Shown here: piece by piece, positions 49,435 to 60,200 of the stretch | How positions within the stretch are numbered: position 1 is the first letter of the stretch | Layout of the letters: each line of letters begins with the position of its first letter | NCBI GenBank assembly: GCA_030141605.1 | Contig: JAQGDQ010000717.1 | Span: 44,177 to 108,176, forward strand | Source: Tubiluchus corallicola | Lineage: Eukaryota; Animalia; Priapulida | DNA length: 64,000 bases | Reading direction: 5' to 3' | The notes under the pieces: generated by a model | What the model saw: the letters and a program-made list of their open reading frames with translations, nothing else | Told to the model about the DNA's origin: nothing | Database searches by the model: none | Made by a program: the position numbers and the translations under genes

Positions 49435-50535
49435 ATGTGCACACGTGTCACTGTCTCGAATTTCACTAAAAGAATAACAAACTCATTGAAAATAATACTG
49501 AAGGCGTGTGTCATTTTATCATGTTCATTATTTGTTTTAACACTTATTAGCGAATCTGCTGAACCATCCGGAAAGATTAAAATTGGGTACAATATTGACT
49601 CCCACATACAAGTGGACCCATACTCTCTAAATATGGTAGATTTTCACTTGACCTTAACAGTTATAGCTTTCAACAGGAGTGATTCAGTTAATAGATTGTT
49701 ACAGTCTCTTGAAGCAGCTTATTATATGGGCGATTCTGTCTCATTAGAAATCTGGATAGATGGCCCGGAAATAGCTGCCCAAAAAACTGTAAAAGTGGTG
49801 CAAGGTTTTAATTGGAGCCATGGACAGAAGCGATTACACGTGAGAACCAGAAATGTAGGACCTTACACACAATGGTATGATACATGGACTCCTGATCTTC
49901 AGGAAACTGGAGAATATGGTCTTATTCTAGAAGATGATTGTGAGGTTTCTCCTCATTATTACAAATGGCTCAAGTCAGCAATCTATGTGTATAAAGACTT
50001 GAAACATCTAGGCAGCATTACTTTGTATCGTGGAAGACTTGCAGTAAAACCTGGAGTAGACAGAGATGTTCTCTGCCCAACGTGTACAGATAGTGTATTT
50101 CTTTACCCAATGTTCAATACGTGGGCTTGTTCACCAATGCCAAAAGTGTGGGCGGAGTTTAGGCAATGGTACTTGACAGTAAAACACGATGAAAACTTTA
50201 TTCCTCTGATTCCTGGTGATGAGAGTCTCGTGATAAATGGATGGATACGTCACTTTCATCCACTGAAGAAGATGAGTTCGGCTTACTTTCATCATTACTG
50301 TGGCAAGCATCAGCTTTATACTATATATCCTAATTTGCCAAATAAACTAAGTTTTGTTTGTAATCACAGAGAACTTGGACTCCATTACGTCAAAGCTTAC
50401 GGACTTTTGGGTATTTGCACATATGGCTTGGTAAAATCGTGGAACAATAGTTACACATATTTTCCCAGACATCCAAAACGACTTCATTGGGATGGTTACC
50501 CTGAAGGCAGGTTTTTCAGAGAATATAATTATTAA
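49435..50535 (+). CDS. Intronless type II membrane GT-A-fold glycosyltransferase (GT2-like; resembles plant At5g12260-type and fungal proteins), 366 aa
   Basis: TM IILKACVILSCSLFVLTLIS. Motifs TVIAFNRSDSVNRLLQSLEAAYY.GD...L.IWID, FNWSHGQK.LHVR..NVG...QW..TW.P and GLILEDDCEVSPHYYKWL (EDD metal-binding motif). Unbroken ORF, AATAAA at 50604. Confidence 0.85.
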   Translation: MCTRVTVSNFTKRITNSLKIILKACVILSCSLFVLTLISESAEPSGKIKIGYNIDSHIQVDPYSLNMVDFHLTLTVIAFNRSDSVNRLLQSLEAAYYMGDSVSLEIWIDGPEIAAQKTVKVVQGFNWSHGQKRLHVRTRNVGPYTQWYDTWTPDLQETGEYGLILEDDCEVSPHYYKWLKSAIYVYKDLKHLGSITLYRGRLAVKPGVDRDVLCPTCTDSVFLYPMFNTWACSPMPKVWAEFRQWYLTVKHDENFIPLIPGDESLVINGWIRHFHPLKKMSSAYFHHYCGKHQLYTIYPNLPNKLSFVCNHRELGLHYVKAYGLLGICTYGLVKSWNNSYTYFPRHPKRLHWDGYPEGRFFREYNY

Positions 50536-52299
50536 TTTGTTTAACGTATTTTTTTCATAGCAAAATTGCGCAAAAACCCCGAGCAAATGAATTTTTATAG
50601 TAAAATAAAGTAAAAAGTTGTGTGAAAAGAAAACATTACAGTATGCTAAAGATTCATTAGCCCATTGACTGTACTAAAAACAAAGGTAACGTTCGCACAT
50701 GTTGAAAGTGTATGTTCTACAGGAACTAATACAAGAATGTCACCTACAGTGCCATCTTTTCTGTCAAGAGCAAAGGGTAGCGGGTTCGCGTACCAGAATA
50801 GTAAGCTTTTTTTCCTGCAAATCGTGTGGAAATCGGACGCTCGGGCGTTCCATTACCCCATACAGATGTTGAAAAAAAATCGCACTATTTTTATGCAGAG
50901 TGAAAAACCAGCCAGAGGGATACGCGAACTCGGGGCCCCCAGTAGTAAAATAAATGTTTTAGCGGATGAATGTAATTTCTAGGAACAGACAATATTTGTA
51001 AACTTTTTGTATGCTAAGTACATGCATTGATTACATGTTTAAATGCTAACTAACTTTGCCTTGCAAACCTCATTCAGGAAAACCAGAATGCCATATTCTT
51101 TTATTTAATTAAGTCTCTGTAATTTTTTGAATGCATAATCACACGTGTGTGTACTGCTTTTTACAAGTTTGTCGTGTTTTTGACGTTTTACATACTGGGT
51201 ATTCTTTATATATTTAGTAAAATCAATTCCAATATATCGAAAAACAAACAATATAACAAAATTCGCAAGGTTTTGAAAGATTATGTTATTCATTTCTTTA
51301 TTTTAGTAAATAAAATAGCGCAGAAGAAATTAAAAACTGTTTGAAGAGAGAAAACAATTATGTACATAATCAGAATTTTTTCAGAAGAAAGAAAATCTGC
51401 ATAAAAATAGAGAGTACAAATTATATAACTACATTTATACATGCAGAAGCAGAATTATACAGTGAAGCAAAACAAAACTGCAGTTGAAAGTTACCTATTA
51501 TATACTATAATGAAACGCCAAAGAAAAGCCATTGAATAACATCTGAAAAATATCAAAGTGGCATGAAATAACGTAAGCAATGCAGACAAATGATTACAAA
51601 ATAGGCAAATTTTAAATCTGGTGGCTATCTAAGCAGACTTCTGTGTCTGTGACTAAATCTACACATGATTACACATTAAACTGAAAAATAAAAAACTGCA
51701 CACGACAGTACCTATAGGAAAACCATATAATTAAAAAATAGGGTGCAGAAAAAAGTATTAAAATAATTAACCAGTAAACACAATATAAAAACATGTGACA
51801 TGAAATGAAATAACCGATACAGATAATACATACCGGAAGAAAAATTATAGTTTATTAGTTGTTATAATAATAGATTGTTGGTTGTTAGCAAGCAGGCCAG
51901 CAAGCGGAAAACTGTCCAAAAATTGCTTAGCTGGAGGAAAGTAATTTGTAATTAGGGGCTAAAAAACCAAAAAATTGTGCTCAGTAAAAATATATAAAAT
52001 AGCACATTAAAAATACATAGTAAACTTTACAGTTCAAGCTAAATTAAACAAAACAGAAACAACATGGCAAATCTAAAGTGTCATAATAATGAAAGATAAA
52101 AACGAGCAGATCTACATTCAGAAGCACGACGATGAAGGCTAACTGCATCTATCTCTAACTGTTTTCTTTCAAAAACAGTTTTACAAATTTTACAATTATC
52201 AGAACCAGTGTGTAGATGAATTACAAAGATACAATGCACACCTTTTGTTGGGGGTGGGGGTTGTTAGAGGATGGCGGTAAATTTGCAGGTAATACCTGG

Positions 52300-52590
52300 G
52301 AAGAGGTCTCAGACTCACTTAGTAGGAAGATCTTGTATTGTCCAAGTCGTAGTTGATCCATTAGATAATCGCATCGACGCCATGACAGTAGCAGGTACGT
52401 TCTCTGAAATAGTGGTTACAAGAATTCAATTATCTAAGGGTTGGTCAGTACCTTCCAAACTATGTAAGCGAAGTTCAACCTGGTAGTAAAAATGACGCAA
52501 TTGCTTTACATTGTCTGAAACTTCTTCTAGATGAGCAAGTTTATGATGATGTCCATCATTTGCCATTTCATGATCTGATCACCATCTTTA
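52300..52590 (-). pseudogene. BEL/Pao gag (DUF1759-like) fragment
   Basis: Reads LAHLEEVSDNVKQLRH/YYQVELRLHSLEG...ILVTTISENVPATV...WTIQDL. Confidence 0.62.
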
Positions 52591-52876
52591 TCATCATATC
52601 TAGTGCTGATTTACTCAACGACAGTATCATAATTACTATTGTTAATTGAAAAACAACCAACAGCCCGAAGTGCATCAATTGAAAAATATTGTAAAAAATA
52701 TATAAAAAAAATAATATATTAAAAAATATTGAAAAACTACAAAAAAGGCGAATTTTGCTGATTTTTGTGAAACTTTAAAGTGCCAGTACTAAATACTGAA
52801 ACAGGCTCCAGCGAATTTTCTTTAATATATTATTATTGAGGATGGTGGGTAACACACACATGAAAACCGGAAGTTC

Positions 52877-53558
52877 TGTAGCCCCGCAGAGGGCGAGTTA
52901 TGAGCCTTACAACTTTACCTCTCCCTGGTCTCTTAACAAAGAGCCGAATTTGAAAAATCCCGTTCTCAGATACTATTAATAGTATGTCAGAAAAAGTTAG
53001 GATATCAGAAGACAATGTCTGCGTCTATGTACCAGCCAACTTACATCGACCCATCTATAACGATCTGACGTCTGGGGGTAGTTTGTTTGATCGAAGGTAG
53101 TTGCTGGGGTAACAATTTGTCTGGCCTGACCGAGCTAAAGGGGCGACCAATCATCTACCCGTTAGCTCCAGACAGTGGCGAGCTTATAGGCAGTCTACGG
53201 AGGACCTGTCAATTGAGCAGAGTGGTTCGGGTGTGGGATGTGCAGTTTACTTTGCTTGGAGTAATCTGCTGTACTCATTGTGATAATACAAACAACGATG
53301 TGTAGGCAACTAATGCACAAACAATCAATTGCATAAATATTGTAGAAATAATTATTAAGCAAACAAACAAAAAATGAATGTAAAAGAAAACACTATCATT
53401 AATCAAACACTAATTTAACTAAGTTTGAATGTGCTAAATATTACAGTATCTACTTACGGTAGACCTACACTATCAAGACGATAAACAAACAAATAAATTG
53501 GCAAATAGTGCACAACAGCTAAACCTAACTAAAAGGAGTACCTATTTGCCTAACTACA
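52877..53558 (-). mobile_element. 3' LTR (682 bp) of a deleted Gypsy element
   Basis: TGTAG...CTACA termini. Preceded on the minus strand by a PPT-like gaggacaacatcatttggggtggca. Confidence 0.7.
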
Positions 53559-54545
53559 TGCCACCCCAAATGATGTTGTCCTCGCTAGCGCTATGATGGT
53601 CATCCAGTATTATCTCACTTAGAAAATGCACAATGGAGGTTGCGTAGTACTACTAAGTCTAACGTAGGGCGCCTCTATACTATACTATACTATACTAAAG
53701 AACATTCTAGTGGATCTCCACAACACCTCCCCATGGAAACTGATACTATCTCCAAAGCATCAGCCACAAAATCTCTCGCTAGGCTAAGGTGTTCTCTTGG
53801 ATCGTGTTGGGTTGTCCAGTCCATATTCTGGCACAGGTGACTTGGTCTCGGGCATGGCACAGGTACTCCAGTCTGCTTCAGAGTTTCTGGCAGTTCTTAT
53901 AGGATCTCCAATGGATGATCAGGTGGAAGCTCAGAAGTAAAGTCCATCTCATCACCAGGTTCATAGTCCTCAGCAGAAGCGTGGTGCAAACTAGTTGTTC
54001 TCAGTGTCATCTCCACACTGGATCATGAGGAAGGATCTTGGTGACGATGTAGGGAATTGAGCTTTGTTTACCAGTCTTTGGATCCTTGGTCTAGCCTATG
54101 AAAGTTCCCAGCACTGGTAGGTTGTGCTTGCTGGCAGACACGTGACGATGTCTGACGTCATCCAGCTTTGGCTTTCCTAGTTGTTTTCAGACCGGCACTG
54201 AAACGAAAAGTCCTGTGGTTGCAGTATCAAGCTCCATCTTGAACTGTTGGTCTTGGATGTGGACTTCGACATCCACACTATGAGAGTTTTCAGGAACTTC
54301 ATCGAGGATCGCCTTGACAAGCTCATCTTTCGTGATTCTGCTCATGGACTTTCCAGATTTCTGGTCCCATTGCTGTCATTGCATCTTCATGTAAACAGCC
54401 TCCAAATGTCCTTCTTGTCACAGAAATGGCGCTTGGCATCTTTGTATGGACAGTCAGTCACTTTGTTGTTGACAGAGCACATGAATCTCTGCCTCACAGC
54501 TTCATCTTGTGGGACTTGGATTGAAGAAAAGACACAAGTGTAACA
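53559..54545 (-). pseudogene. Internally deleted Gypsy body (gag pieces and integrase tail)
   Basis: TCVFSSIQVPQDEAVRQRFMCSVNN and DCPYKDAK.HFCDKK.HLEAV (gag with CCHC). IVTKILPHDPVWR*H*EQL and TRSKRTP..SERF (integrase C-terminus). Confidence 0.7.
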
Positions 54546-55089
54546 CAAAAGTGTAAATAACTTCTGTAAACGACCATCCAAATCACTGAATAGTCTTCTT
54601 GTGCAACTTTACAGTTGTTAAGCAACATACAGGACTGCGGTACAAGCATCAGTCCACAACCATACACTCATCAGACATGGAGCGTTTCCAATCAATGTGA
54701 GGTACTGAAGGCGTAATTTTCTCTATCTGAGCCTCGTAAACCAATCCATAATAGGAAAAAGTATAACATGAAAAAAATCCGTTGCACAATTATCTGTAAT
54801 TACAAGCAATCAATTGATAAAGTCGACAAGCTATAAGCAGACGTTATTAATAGATACAATATGATACAGTAATTATACAAGATACAACCCTCATATCTAC
54901 CTTCGAACTTTATAAATAATAGCTAATAGCAAACAGATTCAGAAGTTTTTGCAAATATTTTTGTTAAGCCAACTGCTATTCTTTATTTATAATAGAATAT
55001 GGAAGCTTATCTTACTGTTTTTCACACAATCGATACGATCAGGTAATTCAAAGAAATAAAATCTACATGAAAACAACAACAACAACATT

Positions 55090-56150
55090 TACACCACGTA
55101 TAAAATTACCACAAACTAATGCATTTCTTTTACTGTAAATCTCTCTTTATTTCCGATAGTATAGAACTTTGATAAGATTTTTTCTGACTTCTTGGTCTAT
55201 TAAAAGCCAACTAAGAGTAAATGGTCAGAAGTATGTGCTTCCCCACTATGACAAGCGCATTCTTTGGTGGATGCTTCCCTAAAGTTGCATAAAAAGATAA
55301 ACCTAATAGCAAGTTTATTGGTTTGGTTTCTTCGCGTCTTTGCTTATTATTTAATGGTAAACTTAGTGGCTTTAGTTCTGGGGTTGTAATAACTGTGGCT
55401 ACGTCATCTATTTCCTGTGTTGAATTCTACACCTCCACTAAGAACTTTGGAATTTGTCACATTCTTGTCTGGTACAACGTAGATTAATATATTCAGCGAG
55501 ACTGCCATTTCTCATATTATCTCATATTAAGTCTTTTAAATATTTTACGAAAGTTTTTCTCCTGGTCAAGCAATTTTTTACAAGATGGTTATTTATTCGA
55601 CAATTTAAAGGCAATGCTTCACAAGTTAATATTTCTTGCTTAGGTAAGTGCCCATCAGGACACCTCTGCGTTTTTAATACAAGTTTACTGACTATACAAA
55701 AAACTTCGTGCTCTAAAGGCCTGCACAAATACATTCAATATTACATTTCCTGTGACTGTACCCCACCCCCGTCGTACCACAAATGATCGAAATCACTGGC
55801 ATCACAACAGATTTGAATAATCTAATAACGGTTGCCATTCTTAAAACCTCATTTTTACAGATTACACTCCTAAGCTTAACCGATTTTTTCAAGCACTTTG
55901 TCTGGCTCTAGAAGTATGACTATTAAAATCCATACCTTTATCAATAGTAATTCCAAGCACTTTCCTGGTATTAACATAATTTATCTCTTTATTACAAAAA
56001 AGTGTAACTTTGGCAAGTTGGAATTTTGACATTTTCAAAATCAATAGTTTTTGTTTTGTTTAAATTACATCTCAAAATTTGCTAACAGTTGCATCACCAG
56101 GAGTAGAGTTTATTATATGACAACTGAACAATTCATAATAATTACTACTT
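55090..56150 (-). pseudogene. Older partial copy of the same LINE family as 26359-32615, without the pogo-like insert
   Basis: 55090-55790 is similar to 26780-27510 (e.g. tttaatggtaaacttagtggctttagttctggggttgt). 55797-56150 is similar to 28560-28910. Confidence 0.88.
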
Positions 56151-56382
56151 ATTCAAACCATTAACCTGGTTTTCTCACCTGGACGAAAATTTGACATTTA
56201 ACGAACGCATTAGCGTTATTTAAGCGCAAAGCAGTTAAATGCGTCGCGCTCTTTCGTCTTTCTTCGTACCGCGACGCAAAAACCCTCTTATTTATCGACA
56301 AAACTTTGATGCTGACCAATTTCAGTTACTGATCTGTTGTTTGGCATACTCACGGAAAACATTAATTACCAGTTTTTAATGA

Positions 56383-57280
56383 TAGAGAGAGGGGGGGAGG
56401 GGAGAGAGAGAGTCCAGTGTCCTTGAATACAGGGACAGGCTAATGACATTTGTGGATGAAGACAAAGATTGCTCTCACTGTTTGGATTCTATAACTTGAA
56501 AAATGCACTTATCCTCCAAGCAATTACCGGTAGAGAGCGCTTATTTTCTGTTCCTGGCCGAGCAAATATTTTGCAAAGCTAGTTTTCAAAGGATAGATAG
56601 TTTGCGAACACTCTGCCCTTGGGAAGAGCAAATAATTGTCGAAGCTATTAGTGGACGAAAGCGCATTTTTCTACCTGAGTAAATATTTAGCAAATGAAAG
56701 AAAGATTGAGAATAGTCTGCCGTTGGGAAGAGCAAATAATTCTCGAGGCTATTCGTGGACGAGAGCCTATTCTTCTACCTGAGTAAATATTTCTGCAAAG
56801 AAAATTTTCAAAAGAACAGAAAGTAGGAGAGCACTCACCCCCTGGGAAGACCAATTAGATGCACAGAGCGCTTATTGTGTTCTAGGAGAGTAAATGTTTG
56901 GCAAAGTTAATTTTATAAATGACAAAAGCTTTGCGAGCACTCACCCCCTGGGAAGACTTAGAACTGTTTACCTTTGAGATGATTGTCTTTTCTTTCGAAA
57001 ATAAGCTCCAGACACTGTGATAGTATGCAAATACATCGTTTTTGTTCTCCTTTAACACCTGGGAAGTGAAAGGTATGCGACCCTGGGAACAGAGAAAAAC
57101 TGCTTTACAGGGACTCCTCCCGGATTATTTGAACGTCACGCTGATTCACAAGCGGCAATTCTATTTTACCTTTGAAAGAAGATTATCTTTACTGAGTAAA
57201 AAGTGGTGAAAGTTTTCCACCAACATGTTCGTTTTGCGATTTTAAATTTTATGAGCTGGTACACCTTTTTAATGTGTCTA
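56383..57280 (+). repeat. Copy 4 of the dispersed family (GA-rich head, subrepeats, (AAT)-rich 3' flank)
   Basis: Colinear with 32690-32900 and 20600-21340. Ends ttttaatgtgtct like copy 2. Confidence 0.88.
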
Positions 57281-60200
57281 TTAAATGTTAGAATAAAAAT
57301 AATAATAATAATAATAAATTATTAAAAATAATATGATTATTATTGTTATTTATTTTTATCAAAATTGTTAATATTATTATTAATAATTTTAATTAAAATT
57401 GACAGGTATGAAAACTTACGAATTCGACAATTTTAAAAATAATGCCCAACAATTAGGTTTTGACAAATGTATGACAAAACCGACAAAAATTAAGCTGTAG
57501 TGATAAAATGTTGAACAAACCGCTAGGGTACAGTACGTGTCACTCAATATCATTTGAAGTTAAAAATCTGAAATGCGAATAAACTGATTAGCAGATTATA
57601 CAGAAAAATGAACAATTAAATACAGGGTCGCCCAGAAAATGCTGCCGCCCAAAGTTACTAGTAACTTTTCATCCTGGTACAGGCGTCTGTAAAAGAGCTC
57701 TCATCAATTGCTAGCCCGTTTTCTCTTTTTTCCAGAAAACTACAAATTTTTATCCAAGCTCCCCATTAAGCGCCTTAATTATTTTAATTAATAAATTTAT
57801 ATTTTTAGAAAATCTAAGATAACAATTATAGTTTAATAAACTCACAGTTCATGTAGCCTAGCTGCTACAAATTCATAAAAGAAACTGTTCAAGTACTTAG
57901 AGCTTACCAAACATGAAAACGAGGAAAACATGAACACGAATAATAAACGAGAAAAACTATAACATAGATAAAATGAAGGTGAAACATTAACTAATTAATT
58001 TGTTTGTGTTCTTGTGAAGTAAAACCTACTTCCTGCTTTTCCTGCTTCCATCTACACTCACTCTATATCGCATTTTCCATTTATTGTTTAATTTTAATTA
58101 TTTATCAACTCCTATTTACTATTTTAATAAATAAGGTTATTAAAATACGAGAACTAAAAAGTTAAATTACCTTACTTTAAAATAGCTGTTATACGTATAT
58201 TTTGCATTACTTTACATTTCATTACTATATACAAAATGACAACACAATAACTTTATGCTAAAGCGTAGTCACTTTTAAAAGCTATGATACAATATCAAAA
58301 TAAGATAAAGGAAAACAAGGACATCTCCAGTCAGGGATTTGGATTTGAAATAATTTTACAAGGTTCATTAAACTTCGATAAGTGGCAGACCATTGTAGAG
58401 AAGATGTTTGATGTATTATGTGATTTTATATTATATCAAAAATCTTGTTATGAAAATTTTGTTGTGTTCGTATTTTACTAACCCCTTGGCTGAGTGCCTG
58501 TAGGTCAAATAACCACCAGCTAAAATGATAATTGGCTAAGGGACAATCAGACAAAGGACACTAGTCAAAGAGTCTTCAAATATGTTTAAAAGTCTAAAAA
58601 TTAGATATTTAACATTATTATGTTTAACAAAGCGGTTTGGAAATACAATCTTGGTGAGAAGGATGTTATCCATCCTTTGACAGGTGGTCGTTAGTCCATC
58701 CCCCTAACTGGCGGTCCTTAGACCACTTTTGCCGACTGTCCATTGTCCGCTGGTGCTTTAACCTTGCCCAGGCTACGTTAGCAACGCTATCACGTTATCA
58801 AAAGTCCATTTAAGTACTTATGAGCAATGAGACGATATCGCGGAACTGGTTCCCTAGCAAATTTCATTACTTTTCCTACATTCAATACGCACTGGACACT
58901 AAAACAGTTTGTTGTGTTACTCATAGATGGCAGTCAGATTCTATCCTTTTTAATGGTCCCATAGGAGCAGGTTTCCTTGTTTCAGAAGAAGCCAGTGCGG
59001 GGAGAGGTGAACAACAGGCTACCCAGAACAGCCTACAGTTCATTTTGTGCTCAGAATGTAAACTAAAATGGCTGCCATTGTTTTTTAATTCTTAGCAAGA
59101 GTGTTCTTTTCTTAGTTAGTGCAGCTTTCTTTCTAATTGCACATAGCAAGAAATATCTACCGAAAACCGAAATATGTAAGAAAAAGTATGAGGCCTGAGC
59201 AAGGTAAAGATTTGCTAGAAAGGGACGTTGCCAGCAGTGATGTTAGTGCTCTTGATGATGAATCTCCAGATAACCAATTAGTGTGGCTTATAAATGTTTA
59301 AAAATGAAAAGAATGACAGTTTGATTTTCAGCAAAATGTATAAAGTCTGCGCCACTTATTTTTCCATAGCATTATGTGCTGAGAACTATTAGGCTTACTG
59401 AACGCATGTATCACAGTGAACAGTGAAATTCCATCAATCTTGATGTATCCACAGAAATCTTTATTTCTATTAACAAAAAAAAATTACAAAACTGCGAGTT
59501 CACAGACAAATTTTGATTTCTTTTAACAGATTCATCCAAATAACCAAAAAACAAACAAAACAATGTCATGTTAGGCAATTACTGATGTTACAGTTATTCT
59601 GTAAAAACTTATTACTATCTGAATTTAAAACAAAACGTTGTGATAAAAAACTTGTTAGGTTGTTAATATGTTTAACAAAGTAGTTATTCGTATAATTTAA
59701 AGAAAATATTAGCACTTACATTGTTGCGCCTATAAAGGCAATGTAGCAGATCCTACGAAAATCTTAGAAAAAAATATTAACAGGAATGTGTCAACGTAAA
59801 TCAAGGAGTATGACAGCTGCTGCTCAAGCCAACTCACCTACCCAACCAGGTAAAAACAAGCGGCAGCACTTAAACAAGAACATCTATAATCGGCTGGATA
59901 TTAAAGCAAAGTGAAAGTATATTGGTAGGCCGTCGTCAAACGACGGATCCGGCCCCACAGACAGACACAAAATACAGACAAAATACAGAGAGATATTACA
60001 GTAGGAAATAAAATAAATGAGTCATGAAAGTCCGTCCAGTCACTGCACATTATTCTTACGCCGACGCCTCTTTTCTTTGAGATCTTCTATTCGTAGATCC
60101 TCAAAGTTGATCACTCTCTTGCAGAGCGCTCTCCACTGCGTTCTGTCACTCGCCAGGGTTTCGAAGTTTTCTGGTTGGATGTTGCATTGATTCAGGGTAT

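Noticed and set aside
49396-50535. Bacterial contamination or a prokaryotic island
   Set aside because: The ORF has a type II membrane anchor and a downstream AATAAA, is AT-rich like its surroundings, is flanked by eukaryotic TEs, and has no operon neighbours.
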